From assembly GCA_012295275.1 (NCBI GenBank), contig CM022677.1, positions 24,180,001 to 24,244,000 of the forward strand: 64,000 bases of DNA, given 5' to 3'. The notes beneath the pieces are model-generated. The model was not told the DNA's origin. It did not search any database and saw nothing but the letters and a program-made list of their open reading frames with translations. Of the stretch, positions 50,747 through 63,275 are shown piece after piece. This DNA comes from Chrysomallon squamiferum. Its lineage: Eukaryota; Animalia; Mollusca. Within the stretch, counting starts at the first letter, position 1; each line of letters opens with the position of its first letter. Position numbers and translations under genes: made by a program.

Positions 50747-51468
50747 TATATATATATATATGTTATATGCGTGTATGTGTGTGTATAGAATGTAATAAAA
50801 TTTGTGTATGTTGCGTGTTAAGTAATATGATTATCAACAGTATTACAATAATCACTTAAATAAATAGAGATGTTTTACAAAGGTGACGTGATTAAATAGC
50901 TGAAATAATATGACGTCAGCTTAAAAACTTAACGTTAACGTTAAAAAATAACATGACGTCCCTGTGATGAATTTATGCCCAACGTCAAAATCGTAATCTT
51001 TTGCGTTAGTTTGTCGTTGATTTTTAACGAACCCGAACGAAATTACTTCGGCCGATTTCACACTTTCTTGAACTCAACTTTCAGTCAGCCATTTTACTGT
51101 TTGCAGTCGTAAAACAATATTTGCACGTGCGTCGTTTTCAACAATGTAAGCTTTCAGACGATTGTTTGCACGTGACTGTTAAACGGGGCCGAAATGGCGG
51201 TTACCTAATCCGGGTGATTACTTTTGGCGATGACGTAATACGACCCTTGACCTTTTGCTTTCTGTAATAGTTTGGACGATTAAAGTCAATACTGCCGGCG
51301 TTTGTGTTAAGTCAAATGTTTATGTGTTTGTGTGTTTGTGTTGAAGATGACGACGATGACGTCGATGATGATGTTGATGATGATGTAGTGGTTGTGATTC
51401 AATGAGAAATAAGGAGAATAATGTAGAATTATGAGAGAAATATGAACGAAAGGAGACAGCAATAACCA

Positions 51469-51511
<43 letters not shown>

Positions 51512-51636
51512 AATAATAATAATAATAATAATAATAAAGGTGATGATGATTCAGTTGTTACTATCACCAGTTACAACAAACAAGCTTTTATCGTAGTAGT
51601 AGTAGTAGTAGTAGTAATGATGAGGATGATGATGAT

Positions 51637-51692
<56 letters not shown>

Positions 51693-52177
51693 TTATAATA
51701 ATAATATATATAAAATAATAATAATAACAATAATAATAATAATATATATAAAACAATAATGATAATAATATTAATAATAATCATAATAATCATAAAATAA
51801 GAAGAAGAAGAAGAAGAAGAAATGATTTTAAAAATGTAAAAGAAACTGACATTCTAGCAGAAAACAAGAAGAAACAGGAATAAAGCTGAGTTAGACCAGG
51901 CTAACACCTGGATTCTTAATTATTTCTTATCCGGGTAGACAGAACAATGTGTTTGTACAGGACTTTTCAATGACTTTGCACAGCCTTAATGATTTCGCAG
52001 CAGAAGCAATAAAGATTTCATTTTGACGCCTATAGCCCTCACTTCTGATAAAAACCAGCGATAAACAATGATAAAGGGAAGATTGTCGAAGCCCAATTGG
52101 TTTTTGTGTAAAATCTCTATCGAGCGAAAATAAAAAAATAAAAATAAAAATAAAGACTTAGAGAAACAAAACAACTG

Positions 52178-52354
52178 AATTTAAATACACATTTTTGTGT
52201 ATTTAATTAAAAAGTTTGATTGTGTCTGTGTCTGTTTGTCTGTCTGTATATTCATATTTTTTCTATTTTAAAAAATTTGAATACACATTTTTGTGTATTT
52301 AATTTTAAAAGTTTGATTGTCTCTGTGTCTGCTTGTCTGTCTGTATATTCATAT
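52178..52354 (+). repeat. Two-copy tandem duplication (about 96-bp period)
   Basis: AATACACATTTTTGTGTATTTAATT..AAAGTTTGATTGT..CTGTCTGTATATTCATAT occurs twice. Each copy contains the small palindrome AATACACA-TTTT-TGTGTATT. Confidence 0.9.
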
Positions 52355-52948
52355 GTTTCATCTTTTCTATCTAAAGAATTAAAAAAAAAAAAATTAATTA
52401 AATTAAATTAAAATTTAATAAATGAAAGGTGTATGTAAATCAATGAACGAAAAGTTAGCCTAAAACAAATCAATTTTAACAGTTGTCCTGTTCGAGTTTT
52501 CCAGCTGTTATTACGACATACGTAACAAAACATGACTATACTTTTATTAACACGTAAATTTCAATACCTGTGTCATAATCTCAACAACCTCTTAATTGCA
52601 ACCCCGACCGTAACGAGTTCGAAACCCAGACATCGCATTTGATAGAAAATTAGTCAAACGTTCACTTGAAACGCTTGTTACTGTCGCTCTGCGAGGCTTC
52701 AACCCACTAAAAACACAGCGATACCCCCCACCCACCCGTCGTGTCCCCACCACCTCTCAGTTGTTTGCTCAGCAGGATTTGTCAATTATTTAAACATTAG
52801 GTGTTAATTGGTGTTGCGTTATCATCATTTAGACGTGAGAAGCAAATATAATCGTGAAATAAAGATAACAGAAAACAGATTGATAGAGAGAGAGACAGAC
52901 AGACAGAGAGACAGAGAGATAGATAGATAGAGAGATAGAGAGATAGAA

Positions 52949-52983
<35 letters not shown>

Positions 52984-53993
52984 TACATAAAGGGATAAAT
53001 AAATAAATTAATTAAATCAAATTAAATTAATAAAAAAATTAAATAAAATAGCTTTTATGAACAATAGCGTTAGGACTTTCGATATGTCATTTATTTGTCT
53101 ATATGTCTATCTAATTTTTTGTTTTTGTTGTTTTATCTATTTTTTTAATTTTCGTTTTTTGTTTCAATTATTTTTATTTATTTATTATTTTTAAAAATAT
53201 TATTATTAATGTAGGAATAGTAGTAATAATATTAGTGGTAGGAACAGCTATAGTAGTTTGTGGTAGCAGTAGTAGTAGTCGTTGTTGAGGTAGTGACTGT
53301 AGCAATAGCATTATTAATAGTGTTTTTGATTGTAGTAGTAGCCGTTTTAGCAATTTTAATAGCAGCAGTAACTGCCGTTGTATCATTATCAGTACTAATA
53401 GTCGCTGTAGTAGTGGTATGGTAACTGTATATTAGTTATAATTAATTCTCAACGTAAACATGCCCCAAGGCCTGTTGCTGAAATCTAACATAAAGTACTG
53501 TATATGATTATCCAAAGGTATTATCTCACCTGTGTTTGCCTGTATTGGATTACCGTTGATGAGATTAACGTGTCCAGGTAGAAACGAGTTAAAATGTTAA
53601 ATACACATCACTGATGTCTGTGTCTGTGAAGGTAAATATTGTTATTCATTAGTGTCATAATTTACCTGTTGTTACAGAATACCTGTCTGTTTCACCTGTT
53701 TAATGCAAAGTGACTGTTAGGACACCAAAATGTCCACTAGTTACCTTCAGGTGTTTTAATATTTGTCAAAGGTCTGTTGTTGTTGTTATTGTTATTGTTG
53801 TTGTTGTTGTTCTTTTTCATCTTTTTCTTTTTCTTCTTCTTATTGTTATTATTATTATCATCTACATCATCGTCATCACTATCATCATCATCATCATTAT
53901 AACCGATACTACTACTACCACTATTTCTAATGTTACTACCAACTACTTCATATTATTATTAGTAGTAGTAGTAGTAGTAGTAGTAGTAATAGT

Positions 53994-54047
<54 letters not shown>

Positions 54048-54820
54048 TTTTTTGCTTTTCTTATTATCGATGATCAACCCGTGATTGGCGTTATCGATGA
54101 CGTTGCTGATGAACATTTTATTTTATTTTTGCTAAGCTTTTATTCATACTTACTTATCAAGTGACTGAGCCATTATGCTCCCAAACTTACAGAGCTACCC
54201 AAGTAATAACTTTGCACACACAGCAAGTGTCCTGAAAATTACCCGAGAAAAGTGACACCTGCAGAAGCTAACGAGTAATCGAGAAATACTTAAGCACTCC
54301 AGCTCATAACGCTCAGCTTTGGGCCATTGAGAAAACAATGCGACAAATTCCTCCACCAGTATTCTCCCATTCTGCCGAGCTTGTCAGACGCGAGTTAACC
54401 GTAATCGTCAGTGTTTTTATTACGTCATCGACTGTTTTTGCTATTACGTCATCGTCTCCAGCAAAACCAGTTTTGTACGGCGAAAGAAATGACGAGGGTC
54501 GTAGAGGGAATCGTTGCATGACGTAAATTAAAACAATTGCGTCATAAAACGGCTTCTGTGACACACGTGTTTGTCTACGGGGTGCATGATGTGGTGAGAG
54601 TCACAAGTGGTGGTGACGTTGCAAGACGTGTGAACGACGTTTCTGAAACGACGTGTGTGTGTGAATTATTGGTAATAGTAGTAGTTTCAGCAGTAGCGAA
54701 AAAATTAAATAAAGTAATATATCTCTGTTAGAAAAGAGAATTTTCTTTCCTTGTTTGCAGAATACTTTTTTCAATAAGATTTATGCATGCATGCATACAT
54801 ACATTCATATATACATACAT

Positions 54821-54886
<66 letters not shown>

Positions 54887-54931
54887 ACATATACACAATA
54901 GCAATGATGATATTGATGATGATGGTAATAA

Positions 54932-54962
<31 letters not shown>

Positions 54963-55073
54963 AAGAAGAACCATAACAACAACACCACCACCAGCAGAAA
55001 TAACGATAATAATAATAATAATAGTAATGATTATGTATGTACGTATGTACGTATGTATGTATGTATGTGTGTG

Positions 55074-55105
<32 letters not shown>

Positions 55106-55354
55106 TGTATGTATGTATGTATGTATGTATGTATGTATGTATGTATGTATGTATGTATGTATGTATGTATGTATGTATGTATGTATGTATATATGTATGT
55201 ATGTATTTATATTATGTATATATCTATGTAGTTATGTATGTATACTAAAAGACTGTTCTACTGGTAGTTACTGTTAAGTGGCTACTTGCAAATGTCATGA
55301 AAAAGACAATAGAAGAAATTAACAACGTGACAAAGAAAGCAGAAGTGGTTTTCG

Positions 55355-55540
55355 AGCTTCGCACGTGCTAATTACACACCCATACATCTTTCATCCACCT
55401 GTGTGTTGATTACGCATTGAGAGCCTGAATAATCAGCTTAACTATTGGCAACAACCTTATGACATCCGACCAATCAAAAAGCGTCTTAATGAATTAGGCA
55501 CACACCGATGTTACCATGGAAACGTATTGTCACTTCTGTT
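55355..55540 (+). promoter_or_regulatory. TATA-less promoter with two CCAAT boxes and an RFX X-box
   Basis: ATTGG at 55444-55448, CCAAT at 55470-55474, GTTACCATGGAAAC at 55510-55523 (fits X-box GTYNCC-AT-GGNAAC), and initiator-like TCACTT at about 55530. Confidence 0.6.
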
Positions 55541-55641
55541 GGTATATGGTCTTCGTTGGAGTTTATTGTTATGTACTTTTTTCTCCTTTTTTTTCTCTTC
55601 AAAAAGTATTTGATTGGGGATTTCAGCAAACATACAGAAGA

Positions 55642-55652
55642 ATGAATTCGAG
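55642..55652 (+). CDS. Coding part of exon 1 of an uncharacterised gene (ATG AAT TCG AG)
   Basis: ATG at 55642 lies downstream of the X-box/CCAAT promoter. The donor GAG|GTAAAG at 55653 is phase 2, matching the acceptor at 57128 and giving MNSR-SPQEVYKM... Confidence 0.55.
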
Positions 55653-55899
55653 GTAAAGTATTAAGTAAATATTATTTTATGTCATATGTTACACAATGTA
55701 AGCTATTTTGTAAATATTTCTGTGTGTAAGGTTTAAAATGGTCTTTAATTTTTGCTAAGTATTTACATACACAGTAGAAGTACCTGATTTATTTAGGAAG
55801 GTTAATATTGTTATAGGTGTTTGTACACGTTAAATGTAAATGTGATTTTACAGGATCGAATTAGGTGGTTAGCTGGTTAGTATTTTCCGAACACAGCTT

Positions 55900-55950
<51 letters not shown>

Positions 55951-56061
55951 TTAACAATTAACAGCAATAATGATAACAACAAGAACAACAATATTATTAA
56001 TAATAATATTGATGATAATGATCACGATGAATTCAATGTTGACGATGATGATAATAATAAT

Positions 56062-56151
<90 letters not shown>

Positions 56152-56379
56152 AAATCTCTCCTTTACAACTAAAGACACCAAAACCGACAAATTGGAAAGG
56201 ATTAGAAACAGCTGGACAGAAATGTACCTTAATTTCTCTCTTTCGTTTTCCTTTTCTTTTTCTTTTTTTTTAAATTTACTTTCTTGTCTTTGTCCCTGGG
56301 TATACAACATGAACAAAACCCCGTTATAAACAGCGTCTGATTAGTACCGCAGTCAGACATACCCCGTTTACACCGTCAA

Positions 56380-56511
56380 AGGGCGCCATTTTAAGTCTAA
56401 ACCTCCGAGGCCTTTTATTAGCGAAGAAAGGATTTGTAGTTTAATAATGCTCACGCGCTCTTTGGCGGAACTTTGCTTATTGCTCGCGCACGTTGGCGGA
56501 ACTTTCGTTTT

Positions 56512-56555
<44 letters not shown>

Positions 56556-56766
56556 ATTCTTCGGTCCAATTTGTTAGTGTTAATTTATGTTACTTCAGAA
56601 GCTGCCTTCTTCAAAGGATTTAAGGTTTAAAACTGTCTAGTATTCGCGGTAAACAGCCCGAGTGCAGCCGGACTGGTACGTCATTACGTAATGAAACACA
56701 CGTGATTAAGAACTAAAAATAATGTCGACGTCATACTGCTGAAGTTTTTCTCTCGGGTAGGTAAGA
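56380..56766 (+). promoter_or_regulatory. Intronic CpG island, possible alternative promoter or non-coding first exon
   Basis: YY1-like CGCCATTTT at 56384-56392. Duplicated TTGGCGGAACTTT (E2F-like) at 56462-56474 and 56493-56505. Strong donor TAG|GTAAGA at 56761. Confidence 0.4.
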
Positions 56767-56928
56767 GGCAGAAATATACGTCGGAATTTATTTATTTATG
56801 TTTTGCTTATTTTATTTATTTATTTACTTATTTACTTATTTATTTACTTTGTTGTTCGTTTACTTCTTTATTTATTTTTTTATTTATGTTTTTATGTATG
56901 TATGTATGCATGTATGTATGTATGTATG

Positions 56929-56965
<37 letters not shown>

Positions 56966-57128
56966 ATGTGTGTATGTTTATATGCATACATATATACATA
57001 CATATTGACATACATACATATATATATTTTCTAAGGGTTCTCTTTGTTTTATATTCATTGTTTCTATAATAATTTACTTTCTTATTTAAAATGCCTACCT
57101 TCTTACATTCATATTTCTTTCCTTTCAG

Positions 57129-57531
57129 ATCGCCACAAGAAGTGTACAAAATGTCATCTTCTTCCATCCCAGCTGATATACTTGCGCATCTCCAACAGTA
57201 TGACGTCACAATGGCCCCATTGGAACAATGCCAAGAACGACAATTCAGAAAGTCATATACCAACATACCAAGGTTATCGAATAAAAACGACGAATGCAGA
57301 ATATCTACGAAAAATAACGATAATTGTTTATTATATCAAAGTTTTGAGAATTTTGATAAAGTAAACTTTTCACAAGAGAATGACGTCAATAGATGTAGTT
57401 GGTATGCACGTAATAACAGAAGGGAATCTATGACGTCACATTCATCTACGTCATCAATGAATGATGCTGACAAGGACGATTACCAGTTAAACGAAGATGG
57501 AGGTGTGCACCTAGATGAATACAATCCATAT
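57129..57531 (+). CDS. Exon 2 of an uncharacterised, low-complexity, probably nuclear protein
   Basis: Acceptor TTTCTTTCCTTTCAG| (AG at 57127-57128), a 403-nt non-repetitive open frame (SPQEVYKMSSSSIPADILAHLQQY...DEYNPY), and a consensus donor |GTGAGT at 57532 (phase 0). An in-frame ATG in AAAATG context is at 57151. Confidence 0.8.
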
Positions 57532-57537
57532 GTGAGT

Positions 57538-57572
57538 ATCTATCTATCTATCTATCTATCCGTCTATCTATG

Positions 57573-57618
<46 letters not shown>

Positions 57619-57619
57619 C

Positions 57620-57650
<31 letters not shown>

Positions 57651-57663
57651 CCTATCTATCTAC

Positions 57664-57736
<73 letters not shown>

Positions 57737-57750
57737 AATCAATCTATCTG

Positions 57751-57788
<38 letters not shown>

Positions 57789-57848
57789 AATCTATCTATC
57801 TATCTATCTATCAACGTATCTATCTATTATGAATGTATCTATCTATCT
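57538..57848. repeat. (TCTA)n microsatellite in intron 2 of the plus-strand gene
   Basis: Starts immediately after the GTGAGT donor and explains the YLSI-repeat tail of ORF 57091-57897. Confidence 0.95.
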
Positions 57849-58123
57849 GTATGTATTTTTTTTTTTTCTCTATTTCTTTATTTGTTTGTTCGTTTGAATC
57901 AGATAGTTGTGGCGCTTATTCATTAAGGCCAAAACTTCATATTTTAAAAACTGATCGCAATATCAATCGTAACTCAGGCTCTTTTTTTTTTTTTTTTTTT
58001 TTGCCGTTCCTACTAATTTGCAAAACGTTATTTTAAGAAAGATATACTTAATTATTTATATATACATATACATCGTTATTTATTTATTTCATATTTATTT
58101 TCACTGAATGTTCCATTTTCCAG

Positions 58124-58708
58124 AGACAAAGAAATCTACAGGAGTCTACACCAAAAGGGAAAATGTTTACAAACGCTTTACAGGGTTTACCATTTCAGTA
58201 TCCTGCAAGAAAAAACCGTTTCCAGAAAAACAAATTTTCTAACAATTCTGAACGTGATACCAGAGTACAACCCGTATCCAGAAAGCGTCTTAGGTTTGAT
58301 GACGTCACACCAGATTTGACGTCATACCAGTTTCAGTCGGACATAGGACTTAATGGTAAAACTTTAGAAAATTTATTTCGGTCTCGTGAAATTGAGACGA
58401 CACCGATGCATGACGTCATTTGTGGACGACCACGTGACCGTGCTGGACAACTGTCCAATAGAAAAAGATCATTTGATCACGTGGTGCAGAACGACAGAAG
58501 TGTAAATAAGTGCTCTAACTGTGAATGTTGTGTGTCTCAACATCAAGAAAAATATTCTGTTTCAAATAAATATCGGTCATCATCCTCGTCATCATCATCG
58601 TCATCATCATCATCATCAGCGTCGTCAGCAACAACGACTTCAAGTTATGCAGATCTTCGCACGCCAGAAGACACGGCGATTAAAACAAGAGAAACAAACC
58701 GGAAGTAA
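58124..58708 (+). CDS. Exon 3 of the same gene, reading as assembled to TAA at 58706-58708 (332 aa total from ATG 55642)
   Basis: Acceptor TTCCATTTTCCAG| (AG at 58122-58123) is phase 0 and in frame with ORF 58163-58708. The exon encodes basic NLS-like motifs RKRLRF and RKRSF, a CSNCECC cluster and a poly-Ser tract. Confidence 0.78.
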   Translation, partial: RQRNLQESTPKGKMFTNALQGLPFQYPARKNRFQKNKFSNNSERDTRVQPVSRKRLRFDDVTPDLTSYQFQSDIGLNGKTLENLFRSREIETTPMHDVICGRPRDRAGQLSNRKRSFDHVVQNDRSVNKCSNCECCVSQHQEKYSVSNKYRSSSSSSSSSSSSSSASSATTTSSYADLRTPEDTAIKTRETNRK

Positions 58709-58910
58709 CAACTGCGCATGCGCAACATTGAAACAAGATCTGCTGGAGATGGCAGAGCGTGCGTACGGCAATATTCGAAGGCGTGACGCGACACCTGGCG
58801 GATTTTGTCAGTTTCGCGCTGAAATTAGCACGACGAACTGTTTACTGCAGGAAACGCTGACAGTTTTACAAAGTCTCACACAACTCTGTGACCACGTTGT
58901 CAGGCGTTAA
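58686..58910 (+). CDS. Probable true C-terminus in the +1 frame (QEKQTGSNNCACATLKQDLLEMAERAY...LCDHVVRR*); 399 aa total if joined
   Basis: The +1 frame is open from 58506 to 58910. GC-rich, coding-like sequence continues to the TAA at 58908-58910 and then drops to AT-rich UTR-like sequence. The translation has an amphipathic helical pattern. Confidence 0.6.
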   Translation, partial: QEKQTGSNNCACATLKQDLLEMAERAYGNIRRRDATPGGFCQFRAEISTTNCLLQETLTVLQSLTQLCDHVVRR

Positions 58911-58922
58911 CTGGCTAGCTCT

Positions 58923-58936
58923 GTTGCCATAGCAAC
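58923..58936. promoter_or_regulatory. RFX X-box GTTGCCATAGCAAC just after the stop codon
   Basis: Near-perfect 14-bp palindromic X-box 12 nt downstream of the TAA ending at 58910. Confidence 0.5.
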
Positions 58937-58994
58937 GTGTCATTTTTAATTTTTTTATGCTTAGCAACATAAACTCTATCCATTATTCAAAAAA

Positions 58995-59025
58995 CTAAAT
59001 AAATAAATAAACAAAAATAAACGAC
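58995..59025 (+). terminator. Candidate poly(A) signals of the plus-strand gene
   Basis: Several AATAAA about 90-110 nt after the stop at 58910. They are partly an (AAAT)n repeat, so the evidence is weak. Another AATAAA lies near 59560. Confidence 0.3.
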
Positions 59026-59904
59026 AAAGATCTGTTTATAAAAGCGATTCCTTCAATGCTGAAATTTATTTATATTTTTTATATTCTTGAATTTATTTAT
59101 TCATTCATTCATTCATTTAAAATTTACCTTATTTTTACCTTATTTTTTGTAATCCTTATGTGTATTCTTACTTACCTGTGTATGTGTATTTTCGTCTTAA
59201 AAAGAGATTGTCGCATGTGCATGTGTTAATTTATTCAACATACGCATTATTTATAAACAAATCTGTGATATTGAAATGAAAATATTATTATATAGATACC
59301 TGCGATAAATTAATATCATCTGTGCATTTAATGGTATTGATTATATATATATGTGTGTGTGTGTGTGTGCGTGTGTATGTGTGTGTGTGTCTGTATGTAT
59401 GTAAGTATATGTATGTGTATATGTGTGCATGTGTGTGTGTGTGTGTATATGTGTGCGTGTGAGTGTGTATGTGTGTTTATGCTTTCGTGTATGTTTCAAA
59501 GGAATAATTTAATGGTCTCTTTTGTACTTGTTGTTCTGTGATGTTACAATCTGTGATAAATAAACTTGTTTACTTCGATACTGCAGTTGTTCTTATTTTT
59601 ATTATTTAGTTACATTTGTTTCCAGCATCTCCTTTCTTAATCGATACTTTTAAAATGATGAAATAATCTTCTAATAATCCTCGTTTGTCCCCGATGTTAA
59701 TCTGTCGTAATAAATCCATTAACAAACATGCAATCCATTAATCTGTTCATTCTCTGTTAATCCATGAAGAGACAATAAAGTTGTTTGTTCAGGTTATAAG
59801 TATTTTTAGATTTCATTAAATATATTAATTTAAAAAAAAAGCATTCAGCATGCTGAAATTATTTTTCTGTCTTTCTGTGAACCGTTCCAACCAGTCATCT
59901 TTTT

Positions 59905-60042
<138 letters not shown>

Positions 60043-60200
60043 GTTATCTATTAATCTATAAATCTATCTCTTTTTAATTCAGTTAGCTCTCTATTTTTCT
60101 TTGTCTTTTTGTCTGTCTCTCTGTCTCCATATCTTGCCATCCATTCATATATGCGTAGATATACATCTGTATGTATTAATCAAATATGTGTACACACACA

Positions 60201-60266
<66 letters not shown>

Positions 60267-61014
60267 CGTATACAACAACATTTCGAAAAACATTAAAAAA
60301 AAATCTCACTAAATATAAAATATTCAAATAAACAAGTAGACTCTTCAACGGCACCCCAGCAAAAAAGTCCCAGCTAATCCTACAACAAGATTAGAGTATT
60401 TGACTCACTGTCATTATCTTACGAACACGTGTCTTTCGGAATTCAGTTAACCACGGATAATGGTAATAACGACGTTAATTTCTTGTTTACCTTGTCGTGT
60501 TTTTTTTTCTTACCAACTCGCATAAACCTAACATTTTTCTAATACCCAGGTGGCCAGAGCGTGCCAAGCTCGTGAACTTCCTGTCTCGTGCATAATCCCG
60601 CGGTAAATAATGGCAGTGGTTTTTACGGGTGAAGATTTAACTTGATGCAAACTCTTCGTGATGTATCTCGCTATAGTGGGGTCCATGCTTATCCTGGATT
60701 TCATGCAGTTACATGCCAGTATGTGTTGGATTATTTTAGATATGTATTCATAGATAAGTAATTTTCTTCGTTATATGAAATAGAGTAAATAGCGTTAATC
60801 GGGGTAGATCTGTTTGAATATAATAATGTTTACATTGTATTAGTGCATTTTTGTGGGTGGCATAGTTTTGTTGTATTTGTTTGTTTGTTGCTGATTATAA
60901 ATTTTATTAGTAGTAATATCTTAGAAATTTAGAGTAGTAGAAAATAATATTTGAAAAAAGTTACTACAGTCTTTAAAACATCTCTCTCTCTCTCTCTCTC
61001 CCTCCCTCCCTCCT

Positions 61015-61157
<143 letters not shown>

Positions 61158-61848
61158 GTCTTCCATTATTCCCTTATGAGGCCTCTTAACAACCACCTTA
61201 TTAATTAACGAACATAACGAACATTTTCTTAGTCATCAACAATCAGCAATCCCCCAAAGTGCCTCTTAATAATCACAAACAGTAATCAGCACGTTTTAAA
61301 ACAACCGCGAAAGGCCAATTACCAATCCCAAATAAGGCCTCCAGAACATCATCCATGTTAATCAACATGCTTATCGACAGTTAAAAGTGGGTTTTTTTGT
61401 GTGTGTGTGTATGTTAATCAATCAACATGCTTATCGACAGTTAACACCAACGATAACACGTCACGTATCAAAATTAACCGTTATCTCCGTGTCCGTTACA
61501 TATATATATATATATATATATAATATATCTACGTATCTTCTGTTACTTTATGGCCGTCCAGTAATTAACGCTAAATGATAGTTTACACTCACAACAAAGA
61601 AATTAATCAAAAACCTATCGACATGCAAGTCAGTGTCGTTAGCGCCAATGGATGTCTCTTTCATGTGTGTTAATTTCATATCCGGTCACGCGCGTTTTTG
61701 CAAACAGATGTTAATATGAAGAAGGTGGAAGATAGAGTTAAAATTGACGTAACTGTTTAAAAAGTGGGGTTTTTGTGTGTGTGTGTGTGTGTGCGTGTGT
61801 GTGTGTGTGTGTGTGTTGTGGTTTCATTAATATTGATAATGTAGTTTG

Positions 61849-61931
<83 letters not shown>

Positions 61932-62385
61932 ATGATAATCTTACAGACGACTGATTTTTACGAAACTAACAAATTCTCGCTGTTTCAATATTTCTTTATG
62001 ATCGTAAATTTTCACCGTTCTACAAACAGAAATTGACAATGAAATGTGATTTTTATTTCTTTTCACCTGATGTTAATTTCCATGCACCTGCAATCAGACT
62101 AGTTCCACGTGAAATTAGGCGTGTTCAAATATTTACCCAAGGTTTCAGTTTACTTCGCAGAATATTAAAAATCAGAAATCAACTTTAAATACGAATGTGT
62201 TAATTAAATTTAATTCTTCAGGACTCTTGGGGGGTGAAATTGATCTAAAGTAATACACTGACAAAAGCTGGGGGGGGCGGATATGGAGGGGAGATTAGGG
62301 GTGTTAATGGGATAATGTATTTATAATCATCTGATTAATTTTCTTTCTTAATTTTGATTCCATGATTTTTCTTCTTCTTCTTCTT

Positions 62386-62448
<63 letters not shown>

Positions 62449-62630
62449 TTGCTGTACTGTTGTTGTTTATATTATCATTATTATAATCATTAGTAGTAGT
62501 AATAGCAGTAGTAACTGTAATAATAGTACTAATAGTAGTAGTAGTTGGTGTTGTTGCTGTTATCGTAGTAGAAAAAGGTAGAAAGTGGTGCAAGTCGAAT
62601 TCAAACTGCAATAACAACAACAACAACAGC

Positions 62631-62665
<35 letters not shown>

Positions 62666-63235
62666 TAATAATAATAATCTTTATCTAATTTAAATATTCC
62701 CTTAAACAAAACAAAACAAAAAAAAAATTAAAATTTGATGACACCTCGCTTTTTCCGCCCGCCATCTTGAAATACTTTAAACATACCATTACGAAGATTA
62801 AAACAATTTTGCTATTGGAAATATACATTTTTCCTTCACACGGACGGAGTATCGAATTCATCGCTGGAGTTTTATTTAAATTAAATGTGAAATGTATTAC
62901 TGGAGGACAGCCGCGCCGCCTTTGATCTGCGTCCAAATCAATTACACAGGTTTCATAACGACGACAAGAAAAATCTCTTTGATGACTGCGGGCATGTAAA
63001 CATTATTGCGTAAAACTTGGACGGGCGTGTCTGCGGATAGGCAGGGACAGGCAGGGTAAAATTGAGAGGCGTGGCTCCCACTCCCATTTCATGGTGGTGG
63101 TACTGGTAGTGGTAGTAGTTGTGGGTGTTGTTGTTGTAGCAGTAAAATAAATAGATAAATAGTTTATGTTTGTATATATATGTTTATGTTTGTTTGTGTG
63201 CATGTGAGTGTGTGTGTTTATATACATACACACAC

Positions 63236-63275
<40 letters not shown>

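Noticed and set aside
57091-57897. 268-aa single-exon ORF as listed
   Set aside because: The first 38 nt are a polypyrimidine acceptor tract and everything after 57531 is intronic (TCTA)n. Only 57129-57531 is retained as exon.
61355-61444. 30-bp direct repeat ATGTTAATCAACATGCTTATCGACAGTTAA
   Set aside because: A simple two-copy local duplication with no further structure. The same applies to the diverged pair near 25502 and 25692.
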